A stretch of DNA of 64,000 bases, taken from Eledone cirrhosa (Eukaryota). Location of the stretch: NCBI GenBank assembly GCA_964016885.1, contig OZ024760.1, forward strand, positions 34,162,001-34,226,000. The letters are read 5' to 3'. The notes beneath the pieces are model-generated. The model was not told where the DNA came from. It did not search any database and was given only the letters and a program-made list of their open reading frames with translations. The translations under genes and the position numbers were made by a program. Numbering within the stretch: position 1 is the stretch's first letter; each line of letters begins with the position of its first letter. Below, piece after piece: positions 27,720-40,747 of the stretch.

Positions 27720-28722
27720 TAAGAGAGAGAGAGAGGGGGGGGCATAGGGAGAGAGAGGAGGATAGAGAGTGGGGGATATAGAAATGGACGGAGAGAGGGG
27801 GAGAAAGAAAGAGAGGAAGAGAGACAGAGATGGTGAGAAAAAAGAGAGAGTGTGGGTAGATAGAGAGAGGGGGAGATAGGGAGAAAGTGATAGAGAGAGA
27901 GAGTGGGGAGAGAGAAAGAGGGGAGAGTGAGAGGGGTAGAGAGAAAGAAAGAAAAGCGGAGAGAGGGTGAGAAAGAATGAGAGAGAGATAGAGAGGGTGA
28001 GATAGAGATGGAGGAAGAGAGAGGGAGAGAGAGACGGGTGGTGGTGAATTATTAGCATTTGAAGTGTTTTCCTGGAGAACTGAGGACTAAAAAGTGACAA
28101 TTGAATTATAAGGAATTACATAAGTGTGAATGTGAGTGTCAGAGTGTGAGTGTGTGAGTGTGTGAGTGTGTGTGTATGTGAGAGTGTGAATGTGTGTGTG
28201 TGTGTGTGTGTGTGAATGTGTGTGTGTGTGAATGAGTGTGAGTGTGAGAGTGTGAATGTGTGTGTGTGTGTGTGTTTGAATGAGTGTGAGTGTGTGATAG
28301 GGAGAAGGAAAGAGGGCATATCATTTAGAAGGTGAGAGAGAAAGAGGGAGAGAGGGAGAGGAGAGGGTGAGAAAGAGAGAGAGGGAGAGAGAAAGAGAGA
28401 GAGGGAGAGAAAAAGAAGGAGAGAGAAAGAGAGAGGGAGAGAGAAAGAGAGAGAGGGAGAGAGAAAGAAGGAGAGGGCGAGAAAGAGGGAGTGAGAAAGA
28501 GGGAGAGAGAAAGAGAGGTAGGGAGAGAGAAATGTGGTTAAAACCTGGAGAGAGAGATTTAATTAAATAGCTGAAAGTTTGAGGGGGAAATCCCGGGGGG
28601 GGGGGGGTAGAAGAAGAAAGAAAAATAGAAAGAGAGAGAGTCTAGGCAGAGAAATAGTAAAGTTTGGTAAAGAGGGAATATTAGGGAGGAAAAGAAAGGA
28701 ATAAAAGAAGCAAGGAGAATAA

Positions 28723-28790
<68 letters not shown>

Positions 28791-29251
28791 GAGAGGGAGA
28801 TATTTGTGAGGGAGAGAGGGAGATAATTGTGAGGGAGAGAGAGAGAAAGGGAAAGGGAGAGAGGGAGATATTTGTGAGGGAGAGAGAGAGAGTGGGAGAG
28901 AGGGAGAGAGGGAGATATTTGTGAGGGAGAGAGAAAGGAGAGAGGGAGATATTTGTGAGGGAGAGAGAGAGACGTGTAATTAAAAGATAGACTAAAAGTG
29001 ATACGGACAACTAATTAAAGGGGTGAGGGCAAGTGTGAATGAGAGAGGGTGAGAGACAACTAATTAGAGGGAGGGAGAGATAGCGGATATGAATGACATA
29101 GGATGGTCAATTTAGATGGTAGAGGGGGGGGGGGGGTTAGATTAATAAATAGAGAGAAGGAGAGAGAGGGGAGAAGGAGGGTTTTTTAAGAATTAGAGAG
29201 AAGCATGAGAGAGCATTGTGGGTTTTAGAGAGAGAGAAATGGAGAGTGAAT

Positions 29252-29290
<39 letters not shown>

Positions 29291-29700
29291 AGAGACAAAG
29301 AGGGACAAAGAACGAGAGAGAGAGAGGGAAAGAAAGACACAGAGACAGAAAGAGAGAATGAAAGAGAGAAAGAAAGACTAAGATAGACAAAGTGAGAAAG
29401 AGAGAGAGAGAAAGTTAGTGAGGTAAGTTGTTTAGAGAGACTGAAAAATAGATAGAGTGAATGTATGAAGAAAAAATAGAAAGGCTGACAGACAGACAGA
29501 CAGGCAGGCCGACAGACAGACTAACAGACGGACAGACCTGCAGACAGTCAAGCATACAGACAGACCGATGGACTCGCAGATAGCCAGACATACAGACAGA
29601 CCGCTAGAGTGGCAGTCAGTCAGCCATACAGACAGACTGGTAGAGAGGCAGTCAGTCAGCCATACAGACAGACCTGTTGTTAGTGAGAAGCTGTAGAGTC
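27720..29700. repeat. GA-rich, (GT)n/GTGA and (GACA)n low-complexity tracts, including a short GAGGGAGATATTTGTGAGGG minisatellite at ~28790-28970
   Basis: Directly visible. Confidence 0.9.
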
Positions 29701-30485
29701 AGTCAGTTGTGGAAGGCAAGCGGACTATTCTGTCTTGTCATTTTGATTTACTACTATCGAAAAACAGAGAAATATGTCCAACACACTGCAGCCTTTACTG
29801 CTGGTAAGTTTAAGCTTCCTTTCCCTTTCTTTTGTTTTTTACTGGAGCACAACAATTGATGTCTTCTTTTGTGAGCCTCCCTCACAAGAACTAGCAACAA
29901 CATACCTACACCGAGTTCTTGGAATAGAAAACCACCAAGCCACCCTCTCGTAAACACTACCACAGTGTATCCCCTGCACCACATACACACCTCTCTCTCC
30001 TACCTACATATATTTATTTATTTATGTATATTTATATATATATATTTATATTTATGTATATATATATATATAGAAAGGTGCCCCTTAACAAGACGAAGTC
30101 TTTTTGGCGGTTAACAAATCGTCTCATGTACTTTATGTAATTGGTGTCTTTTTCTTTTACCCGTTTCTAACGGAATGTCCTTCAACTGTTACACATATAT
30201 AATATATATACACACATATATAATATATATACACACACACATATGATATATATATACACACATAAATAATATATATACACACACACATAATATATATACA
30301 CACACATATATGATATATATACACACACATATATGATATATATACACACATATGATATATATATACACACATATGATATATATATACACACATATATAAT
30401 ATATATATACACACACATATATGATATATATAAACACACATATATAAAATATATACACACACATATATATACACACATATATTAC

Positions 30486-30517
<32 letters not shown>

Positions 30518-30609
30518 TCACACATATACAGACATATGTGTGAGTGACTAGGTTTTGTTTATATCCGCACTTTCATGTTTACTTCATAAATAAATTACCA
30601 TTATTATTA

Positions 30610-31250
30610 TACCAGTAATACACTGGCTCGACTTAATCGACTTTCCCGTCCCCTTCAAATTGTTGGCCTTGTACCTAAAGTAGAAACAATTATTATTATT
30701 ATTAGTGCACTTTTACTCGACTTTATTGTAAACCCCCACTGTCCCTGTCTTTGAATTGTCCCCTACATGTCGGCCCTTGTGGCTAATAAATGAAATCATT
30801 ATTATAGTGACGTCCCTTTACAATCTGAGTTCAAATCCCGCCGAGGTTGACTTTGCCTTTCATCCTTACGGGGTCGATAAAATAAAGTACCAGTAATGCA
30901 CTGGTAATTGCTGGCCTTGTGCCTAAAGTTGAAACAATTATTATTATTGTTTAGGGCGGTGAATTGGCAGTATCGGTAGAGGGTTGGACGCCATGCTTTG
31001 ATGCATAGAGTTACCGCCCTTGCCATTCTGAGTTCAAATCCCGCCTAGGTTAACTTTGCCTTTCATCCTTACGGGGTCGATAAAATAAAGTACCAGTAAT
31101 GCACTGGCATAATTGCTGGCCTTGTGCCAAAAGTAGAAAATTATTATTATTGTTTATATTTTTACTCGATTTTTGTGTAAACACCCCACTGTCCCCGCCT
31201 ATGGTATTGTCCCCTATATGTCGGCCCTTGTGGCCAATAAATGAAACAAT
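30610..31250 (+). mobile_element. Cluster of tandem tRNA-SINE copies and fragments (Meta-domain-like)
   Basis: Copies at ~30820-30940 and 30954-31140 with A/B boxes; extra repeated module CCCCACTGTCCC...TGTCGGCCCTTGTGG at ~30710-30800 and ~31160-31250. Confidence 0.8.
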
Positions 31251-31674
31251 TATTATTGTTGTTACCATTTTTTCACCTTTTCTACTTTGGTGATGTCACA
31301 ATATCAACTTCACCTTTTTAGCTACCGTCTTCCAGTAAACAGGAAATATACCTCTCTATCTCTCTATCTCTATCATATCTACCCTCTCTTTCTCTTTACA
31401 TATCTACCTATCTGCCTGTCTCTCACTCTCTAGCTATCTATCCACCTCTCTCTATCTATCCACCTATCTATCTATCTATCAGACTGACTCTCTATCTATC
31501 CATCCATCTATCTCTAGTTTAATTATTATATTAGTCTCAACAGTTCTCACTTCTTACAGCTAACTTATTATATTTCACACTCTCACTTATTCTATTATGT
31601 TCTTCTCTATATAATCAGCTTTCTCCATCGGCATGTTCCCCTAAGCCAAACCAAGCATAGAAACACACACACAT

Positions 31675-31717
<43 letters not shown>

Positions 31718-31818
31718 ATAACATGTTAAGCCAGTTTACATGTATTACAATAGATATTGTCACTATGTTGACATATCGAGGTCTCATCCTATCGTAATTA
31801 CGAATTCATACCCAGGTA

Positions 31819-31937
<119 letters not shown>

Positions 31938-32087
31938 TATAAATATATATATATATGTATATACACACACAGAGCTCCCCACAGATAAAAAGCGTACTCA
32001 ATACGTAGAGAATAGGTATATTTATTTTATTATAGATATGACTCTACATGACTAGAACTGTTTCATTCGTAAGAAATCATTTGGAAA

Positions 32088-32150
<63 letters not shown>

Positions 32151-32274
32151 AAATGCAAAAGATACAGGTATATATAGAAAGGGAAAGGGCCATATATCGT
32201 ATAGGAAATACAGTATATTGAATATATACCAAATATATATTCCATAGAAGATATATATATATATGTGTGAATAT

Positions 32275-32434
32275 ATGAAGTAATTCCGTCGGAAAAGTCC
32301 AGGAAAAAAGAGTGCTCTATGTAGGTAACAGAGCTTAATAGTTATGTAATAAACAACATAAGGCAATTATTCCATTTACCAGTGGTTTCTTAAAAGCAAA
32401 AAATGTTGCTTTCAATCATCAGAATGAAAAAATC

Positions 32435-32438
<4 letters not shown>
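32275..32438 (-). mobile_element. Short HHR-bearing element, family E, copy 1
   Basis: Closely similar to 63590-63757. Confidence 0.8.
32370..32429 (-). ncRNA. Type I hammerhead ribozyme, family E
   Basis: UUUCAUU-CUGAUGA-UUGAAAGCAA/UUGCUUUUAA-GAA-ACCA(C)UGGU-A-AAUGGAA; GUA site. Confidence 0.85.
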
Positions 32439-32491
<53 letters not shown>

Positions 32492-32728
32492 GCACACACA
32501 CACAAATAGTATTATATAATCCTAGGTCGGTCATTAGTAAAAATGTGTTAACATGTCCTGCTTCTTAAAGCACCTCAGTTCTATATCTAATGTTCTTGTT
32601 GTTACTGGTGTTGTCATAACTTGTTACCCTCCTCCCCCCCGCCTATACATCATGTTTAAGCTAGATATTCTTATAAAATTGGCAATATTTCACAGTACCA
32701 CCTGTACACCAGAATATGTTGACATCTC

Positions 32729-32774
<46 letters not shown>

Positions 32775-32777
<3 letters not shown>

Positions 32778-33262
32778 CGTTTCGGAATTTGTTTAGCAAG
32801 ATTCTTTATCTGAAATCGTGTGTTGAAACCGATATTGTTATACTTTGGGAGGGTCATGTTGCCAATAAGAAACACACGCACCAGTTGTTTTCACTTCAAT
32901 TTATTATAATAAATTTATAAATTTAGGAATTTATAAATTTCCGGTTGGTTGGTTGGTTCCACAACCAGATGGTTGTTTATATATTGTCAAAGTTCTTTCG
33001 TCACACATTCTGTGACCTCTTCAGTGACTGGGGATTCTTTTCTTTGTTTTTTGTGCCTCTCCTTTGTTCTGTCCTACGCCATCTTGTTTTGAAGAGGTCA
33101 CAGAATGTGTGACAAAAGAACTTTGACAATATATAAACAACCATCTGGTGTGGAACCAACCAACCAACCGGAAATTTATAAATTTATTATAATAAATTGA
33201 AGTGAAAGCAACTGGTGCGTGTGTTTCTTATTGGCAACATGACCCTCCCAAAGTATAACAAT
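32775..33262. mobile_element. Inverted pair of solo pLTRs from the Neptune-like PLE family
   Basis: 32775-33090 (minus) and 33091-33262 (plus) match ~17140-17460; (AT)n flanks. Confidence 0.9.
32986..33028 (-). ncRNA. Minimal hammerhead, family A variant (CUU site)
   Basis: GUCA-CUGAAGA-G-GUCACA/UGUGAC-GAA-AG(AA)CU-U-UGAC. Confidence 0.72.
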
Positions 33263-33293
33263 ATATATATATACACACCAACTATTATTATAG

Positions 33294-33482
33294 AGGACGG
33301 TGGATTGGCAGTATCGGTAGAGGGTCGGATGCTATGCTTTGACGCATAGTTACGGCCCTTGCCATTCTGAGTTCAAATCCTGCCGAGGTTAACTTTGCCT
33401 TTCATCCTTATGAGGTCGATAAAATAAAGTACCAGTAATGCACTGGGTTATTGCTGGCCTTATGCCAATAGTAGAAACATTT
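33294..33482 (+). mobile_element. tRNA-derived SINE (Meta-domain-like)
   Basis: A box TGGCAGTATCGG, B box GAGTTCAAATCC and shared core. Confidence 0.85.
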
Positions 33483-33556
33483 ATTATAGTTATCTACATT
33501 GGGATGACTCTATTTCTAAATTTCAAATTATTCACTTCATCCGAAATCAATTAAAT

Positions 33557-33559
<3 letters not shown>

Positions 33560-33590
<31 letters not shown>

Positions 33591-34434
33591 CTGTGTATAT
33601 ATGTGTGTGTATATGTATATATGTGTGTGTGTGTATATATATATGTGTGTATGTATATACATGTGTATGTATGTATATATGTGTGTATGTATATATGTGT
33701 GTATGTATATATGTGTGTATGTATATATGTGTGTATGTATATATGTGTGTATGTATATATGTGTGTATGTATATATGTGTGTATGTATATATGTGTGTAT
33801 GTATACATATATATGTGTGTATGTATACATATATATGTGTGTATGTATACATATATATGTGTGTATGTATACATATATATGTGTGTGTATGTATATATAT
33901 GTGTGTATGTATATATGTGTGTATGTATGTATATATGTGTGTATGTATGTATATATGTGTGTATATGTGTGTATGTATGTTTATATATGTGTGTATGTAT
34001 GTATATATATGTGTGTATGTATGTATATATATATGTGTATGTATATATATATGTGTATGTATGTATATATATGTGTATGTATGTTTGTATATGTGTGTGT
34101 ATATGTTTGTATGTGTGTGTGTATATGTTTGTATGTGTGTGTGTATATGTTTGTATGTGTGTGTGTATATGTATATATATGTGTGTGTGTATATGTATAT
34201 ATATGTGTGTGTGTATGTATATATGTGTGTATGTATATATATGTGTATATATATACATGTGTGTGCATGTGTATATATATTTTTTTGTGCATGTATGTGT
34301 ATATAGATATATGTATGTGTGTGTGTGTGTGTGCATGTATGTATATATGTGTGTATGTATATATATATATATGTATGTGTGTGTGTATGTATGTATATAT
34401 GTATGTGTGTGTGTATGTATGTATATATGTATAT
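33560..34434. repeat. Mixed (TA)n/(TG)n microsatellite
   Basis: Directly visible. Confidence 0.95.
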
Positions 34435-35028
34435 GGTGCTACTGGTAACATGTATCCCAGTATAACCTGTCTCATGGTCGGGTCGTTGGCGACTAAACTG
34501 GCAACCCCATCAAGGTTTCTTGGTGAGGAGGGTGACTTTGGACATCCTGCAGGACTAAAAACAAAACCTGTCAAAGGGCAAAGGAGCTCTTAAGAGTCAA
34601 TGGCCATCCAAAATCACCGGGAGAGATGACCCCTTAGCCTTTGTCAAGGCAGCATTCTAGGAGAAGGAAAACTCTGATATAACACCTGCAACCCTGATGG
34701 TATCTAATGATGTTGAATAGTTCTTCTTTTTGGCAAATATCATCTTGCTTAAGAGAGTGGGACTGGCTTTGTGCAGTGCCTTTGCTCACTATAAAAGCTT
34801 CACGGCACAGGCATTGCTTTATATCTGGAGATTTCTCTGCATTTGTCGTCACATGGTACCATGGGCCCAGCACTATGTGTCAGTAATTGTCACAAGTGTA
34901 GTGTTTGTACCAGAGTTTTCAAGTTGCTGGCTGGACTAAAAAGTCACACTCGTTCAGTGCATCAGTAGGGGTTCTCCTACATGGATATAAAGTAGTGGCC
35001 GTACTCGAAAACGAGTTGGCAGCCACCA
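34435..35028 (+). repeat. ~575-bp dispersed repeat, copy 2
   Basis: Closely similar to 24636-25214. Confidence 0.8.
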
Positions 35029-35040
35029 TATGTGTATGTG

Positions 35041-35098
<58 letters not shown>

Positions 35099-35724
35099 CA
35101 TGTATGTATATGTATATATGTGTGTGTGTATATGTATATATGTGTGTGTATATGTATATATATATGTGTGTGTGCATGTATGTATATATATGTATATGTG
35201 TGTGTGTATATGTATATATATATGTGTGTGTGTATATGTATATATATATATATGTGTGTGCATGTATGTATATATATGTATATGTGTGTGTATGTATATA
35301 TATATATATATGTGTGTGCATGCATGTATATATTTTTTAACATCAGTATGATTGGCCGGTTTCAGCAGGAAGAGGTGAGAGAATTCTGATCAGATATGGT
35401 TGGTTTAAATGCTAAAGGATTAACCGAGTGTTGTCAGAACTGATATTTGGTTTTCCTGTTGAATACATCTCTTGCAAGGGTTTTACAGTTTTGTTGGTGG
35501 TGAACCATAGGAGCCTGTTTTGAGAAACAGATGTTTTACTAACTTTTATGTCAATATTCATGGCTTACAATGTTACTTTCAGTTTTAGACTTGCGATGAT
35601 TTTTCTCCTCATCTGGCCACAGCTGCCCTCTCGGGAGTTAGTTTGGTTGGCATATTGGTTATTGTACACACAGAACATGTATTGGTGAATAAGGAAAGGA
35701 AGTGATTGGGAGAAAATGAGAGAG

Positions 35725-35945
35725 ATCATCATTATCATCACCATCTTCACTATCACCACCACCACCACTATTATCACTATCACCATCACCACCATCATCA
35801 CCATCACCACCATCATCACTATCACCATCATCACCACCACCATCACCACCACCATCACTATCACTATCACCACCACCACCATCATCACCACCACCACCAC
35901 CATCACCACCTCCATCACCACCACCACCACCATCATCACCATCAT
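35725..35945. repeat. (CAC/CAT)n trinucleotide tract
   Basis: Directly visible; poly-His/Thr pseudo-ORFs. Confidence 0.95.
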
Positions 35946-36329
35946 TTAATATCTCACTTTCTCTGTTTGCAAGTGTTTGACAAGTCCTCACAGATCCAAG
36001 TTAGTACTAAAGTGGGGCTACTAACCTCCCAGACAGACCAGAGATTCTCATCTCATTAATATATGGTCCTACATTCTACCAAGAACATTTATCATGGCAC
36101 CAGCACTAGAGAGGTTGTTGTGTCAGTGACCCAAGTGATAGAGAAATAACCAACACAGTATTGGACTTTTACATTTTTTTATCAACCACAAAAGGATGAA
36201 AGCAAAGTTGATCTCGGTGGGATTTCAACTCAAAGATCAAAGAGTCAAAGAGTTCTATCCGACATTTTAACGACTCTAATTTGCTATCTTTTACACCATT
36301 CCATGCATGCCCTTGTGCGCTGCAAGCCA

Positions 36330-36605
36330 GCATGTTGAGCCGGTACTTATCCCAGTTACATGGCGTTAAGCGACTGAGAGTACAAGACTCCCCCTGGACA
36401 GGATGCCAGTCCATTGCAGGGTTAAACCCTCAGCTATTGCAGGGTTAAACCCTCAGCTATTGCTGGTACTCATTTTCAGCTGAGTATATTGGAGCAACGT
36501 GAAATGAAGTGTTTTGTTCAAGAACACAACATGCAACCCAGCCCAGGAATCGAACCCATGGAATTATGATCATAAGACCAACACCCTTACCACTAGGCCA
36601 CGTTT
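36330..36605 (-). mobile_element. tRNA-derived CORE-like SINE
   Basis: Reverse complement gives GTGGCCTAGTGGTAAGG (A box), GGGTTCGATTCC (B box) and TTCTTGAACAAAACACTTCATTTCACGTTGCTCCA core. Confidence 0.75.
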
Positions 36606-36908
36606 ACACCATTACAAAGGAAATTTTAACTGATGATTTACCAACTTTGAGGATACAAGCCATCGTGGCGTTGTTAAACTGTCTGACGATGTTGGTAAAA
36701 TTATCTGAATAACCAAACCGAGACAATCTTCTAAAGGTGTTTGTCATTTACAGTGTTGAATGCCTTCATTATGTAAACAAATGTTATGTGTACATCCTGC
36801 TGTTGTAAATACAGGATGAGCCTCCATATATATATATATATTATAAATATATATATTTGTTGAATTACCAACAAATTAAATATCCCTTTGCTTATATATA
36901 TATATATA

Positions 36909-38145
36909 GAAGTGGTTACACAACAGTTAGTTCACCATACTGAGAACAATTGATTCGCCTTAGCAGATCCTCAGCTCGTAATGGACATGGTTATACGGAA
37001 CAGGAAGGACAACCGTACGAACGCGCATGCACAGAAACCGGTCACTTCACACAGGCAATACTAAAATGCGTGCGAGAGGTGTAAGGGAGATAACTGCGAA
37101 AGTCCGAAAAGTTTCTAGTTGATAAGAAAATTATGATGTTGTAATTCAATCCGGAGCTTTGTAGTTATGCAAGAGATGTTTTGAGACGTGTGGACAACGT
37201 GTGAAGAATTCATTTTATGTGTTTAGGCAATCACTAATGCATAATCTCTTTAGAATATTTATTCGTTCATCAATACATGGTCCACACGACGGATTTCCTC
37301 TTGCGTATGGCTTGAACTTGGTGATGGCTTTCCATTGAATGGGGTAGTCTATACTTGAGTCCTTGAGGGACCATATGTGGATCGCGAGTTTCGTGGATGA
37401 ACATCTGTTTGGGTGCCTAAAGGTCGACTGGTGGTTCAGGAAACGTTCCTTAAATCGGCCCTCCTCCATCTTTAACCGACACAAAGTAAAACTAGGATAC
37501 TCCTGCGCTAAGAACATGAAGGCCCACATCACCAGCACCCTAGGAGCAACACCCACCAGGGTGCTCTTGCCGTAAACCCGAAGCTTGTCCCCTTCAACAG
37601 CAATGCAACACACCCACTATAATTTATGAAGCCGTGGTCACTTCCAACCGACCAAATCAACCACAGAAGGTCAAATCCTATGTGGGTATGGCGGAGGGCC
37701 GATTTAAGGAGCGTTTCCTGAACCACCAGTTGACCTTTAGGTACCCGGACAGACGTTCATCCACGAAACTCGCGAGCCACGTATGGTCCCTCAAGGACTC
37801 AAGTATAGACTACTCCATTCAATGGAAAGCCATCACCAAATCCAAGCCATATGCAAGGGGAAATCCGTCATGTGGACCATGTATTGACGAACGAATAAAT
37901 ATTCTAAAGAGATTATGCAATAGTGATTGCCTAAACAGGAATGAATTCTTCACATGTTGTCCACACATCTCGAAACATCTCTTGCATAACTACAAAGCTC
38001 CAGATTGAATTACTACATCATAATTTTCTTATCAACTAGAAACTTTTCGGACTTTCGCAGTTATCTCCCTTACACTTCTCGCACGCATTTTAGTATTGCC
38101 TGTGTGAAGTGACCGGTTTCTGCGCATGCGCGTTCATACGGTTGG
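36909..38145. mobile_element. 5'-truncated CxC-linker PLE with a long inverted duplication of the EN C-terminus and 3' UTR
   Basis: ~37010-37466 is the reverse complement of ~37693-38144; plus strand encodes IFNRHKVKLGYS, CSCR..CPL..C, IIYEAVV, YVGMA, FKERFLNH, CGPC, CPH. Confidence 0.88.
36942..36977 (-). ncRNA. Degenerate minimal hammerhead, family F
   Basis: GAG-CUGAGGA-UCU/AGG-C-GAAU-CAAUUG-UU-CUC; GAAU in place of GAAA. Confidence 0.45.
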
Positions 38146-38152
38146 ATAAAAC

Positions 38153-38737
38153 AGGTTTAGCAAATAGAGAAAAAGTTTTAAAATAAATTTTAAAAAGTTT
38201 ACTGTACCTACTATATTTACCCTTACCGCGCAGTTTCAAGTCTCAAAATAAATGGATAATCCATGCGGAAATCCATTGAGAAGACTTTCGTCAGGGGTTT
38301 CTTCTCACTCGGAGAATATAAAATTCCTGAGTTCAAATCACAAACTGGCGCCATACAGAACTGTTCCGGGATGAGAGTGTTTGATGAAGAAACAATCTTG
38401 TCTTGTGTAAAGATAGAAGGCAAGGGCAGAAAGGTCAATGTCCTGGCACTAGAAATAGCAGCAGTTAAAACGACCAAAATGTTATCTCGACCAGGGGAGA
38501 TTAATAATAAAGTATGTTTTCCTACATGCAATAAATGCATGTGTTTTATCCAACCGTATGCCAATGTGGTTCTATGGCAGGTTAATAAATTAACGAGCCA
38601 GAACATATAATCAAGGTTAAGCAAATAGAGAAAAAGTTTTAAAATAAATTTTAAAAAGTTTACTGTACCTACTATATTTATCCCTACCGCGCGGTTTCAA
38701 GTCTCAAAATAAATGGATAATCCATGCGGAAATCCAT
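38153..38737 (-). repeat. 461-bp-period direct repeat (~1.27 units) carrying a hammerhead
   Basis: 38161-38277 repeated at 38622-38737. Confidence 0.8.
38219..38298 (-). ncRNA. Type I hammerhead with extended stem II, family G
   Basis: ACCC-CUGACGA-AAGUCU[AAUGGAU/AUCCAUU; UCC/GGA]AGACUU-GAA-AC(U/C)GCGCGGU-A-(A)GGGU. Confidence 0.72.
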
Positions 38738-38787
38738 CATCTTCGTGTAACGTCCATCTTCCACGCTAGCATGGGTTTGTATGTTTA

Positions 38788-39100
38788 TATGGCTTAGTGG
38801 TTAGAGCATTAGGCTCACAATTATGAGGTTGAAAGTTTGATTCCCGAACTAGATGATACATTGTGTCCTTGAACAAGACACTTTATTTCACGTTGCTCCA
38901 TTTCACTCACCTGTAGAAATGAGTTGCAATGTGTATAAAGTATATATATATAGTGTATGTTGTGACATCAGTGGTGTCAAGCTGTATCAGCCCTATACCA
39001 TTCCATTAGACAACATCAGGGGTGTGGAGAGGAGAGACTCGTGGGTGTCAGCTGGTCTTCTACAAAAACAACCTTGCCCTAGTTTGTGCCTCAAGGGAAT
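38788..39100 (+). mobile_element. tRNA-derived CORE-like SINE, degraded
   Basis: TGGCTTAGTGGTTAGAGC A box; TGTGTCCTTGAACAAGACACTTTATTTCAC core. Confidence 0.75.
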
Positions 39101-39176
39101 CATAAGAGCTTTCACCTTTGTCTACTTCTTATCACCTGATCACTCTTAAATGGCTTAATTAAAGGGTCTGTATAGA

Positions 39177-39320
39177 CATAGAAATAGCTTCTACAGGACG
39201 AGAACTGTTTCATTCGAAAGAAATCATCAGGATTTGAATGAAACAGTTCTAGTCCTGTAGAAGACATTTCTATATTAAATTTGATGTTTGAGTACTTGTG
39301 GTTACCTCTGATTCAACCTT
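39177..39320. mobile_element. Inverted pair of family C pLTR-like ends with CUGAUGA...GAAA core on the minus strand (~39200-39231)
   Basis: 39177-39215 is the reverse complement of 39236-39273; same layout as 9503-9635. Confidence 0.65.
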
Positions 39321-39629
39321 AGTCACACACACATATATATCTGTATGTATATGTGTATATGTATGTATATATCTGTATATGAACACATTTAATTGTGTGT
39401 ATATATATATGTATATATCTGTATATGTATACATATAATTGTGTGTATATATGTATATATCTGTATATGTATGCATATAATTGTGTGTATATATATGTAT
39501 ATATCTGTACATAATTGTGTGTGTGTGTGTATATATATGCAGAAGTTATATTTAATTTGTTGGGATTCCAACAAACTTAAAAGTTTATAACTGATATAAA
39601 GCACTCAACAAATTACTGGAGTAAATATT

Positions 39630-39750
39630 CAATATATTAATAAATGGAAACTATATTTATAAAACCATAATTATTTTATTATATATATTTCAAGGGCAAC
39701 CAAGGCAGCCTTGGTGCGCTTTCATCAGATAAAATACAAAATTTGTTTTA
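39630..39750 (-). mobile_element. Family D pLTR-like fragment with HHR core (39679-39732)
   Basis: CUGAUGA-AAG(C)GCACCAAGG/CCUUGGUUGC(C)CUU-GAAA; tail shared with ~26679-26712. Confidence 0.6.
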
Positions 39751-39910
39751 TAAATATTGACATAACCGTGGAAAACAACCTTGACGGTTGAACATTCGCT
39801 GGATCCAGTGAATTTTATGTGTATGCATATAATTGTGTGTGTGTGTATATATGTATATATATGTATGTATATAATTGTGTGTTTGTGTGTGTATATATAT
39901 ATACATATAT

Positions 39911-40240
39911 GGAGGCACATGGCTTAGTGGTTAGAGCATTGGCCTTGTAATCGAAAGGTTGTGAGTTCAATTCTCAGACTGGGTGATGTGTTGTTTCCGT
40001 GAGCAAGACACTTTATTTCACATTGCTCCAGTTTACTCAGCTGTAGAAATGAGATGATAGGGACTGGGGTCCCTATCATTCCACTGCAAAGTGGTCGTGG
40101 AGGTGCCACGGCAAAAAAGCACCCAGCCCACACTGTAAATGAAGTTGGTGTTAGGAAGGGTATCCAGCTGTAGAAATCAAGCCAGAATCAGTTCCCGTCC
40201 CACCCTTGCAAGCAGGGAAAAGTGGACGTAAAATGATGAT
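39911..40240 (+). mobile_element. Full-length tRNA/CORE-like SINE with RTE-derived 3' tail
   Basis: A box TGGCTTAGTGG, B box GAGTTCAATTCT, core GAGCAAGACACTTT; tail matches the RTE 3' end. Confidence 0.9.
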
Positions 40241-40524
40241 ATATATATATATATATATGTATATAATTGTGTGTGTGTGTGTATATATATACATAAATAT
40301 AGATGTATGTATATGTATGTATATAATTGTGTGTGTACTGTTGTGTCCGAGAGTATTTTCATTGAGTATTTCATAATAACTGTAAGCCAGTTGTAGGACA
40401 GAAGCCGGTGGTTGTAGGCCAATGAAGATAGAATGAAGATAGAATGAGGCAGTTTTTGTTGTTGCTTCATAAAGAAATAGTGGGTGGTGTTTAATGTTGT
40501 AAGTGGTTAGCTAGCTGCCTCACA

Positions 40525-40573
<49 letters not shown>

Positions 40574-40657
40574 TGGTGTTTATACACACCGATATATGTA
40601 TGTATATATAGATATATATGTATATATATATATACATATAATATATATATATATGTA

Positions 40658-40691
<34 letters not shown>

Positions 40692-40747
40692 GTATACATA
40701 TAATATATAATTATATATATATATATATATGTATACATATAATATAT

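Noticed and set aside
39911-39990. tRNA gene
   Set aside because: A/B boxes are present but lead into a SINE core and LINE tail; no convincing cloverleaf.
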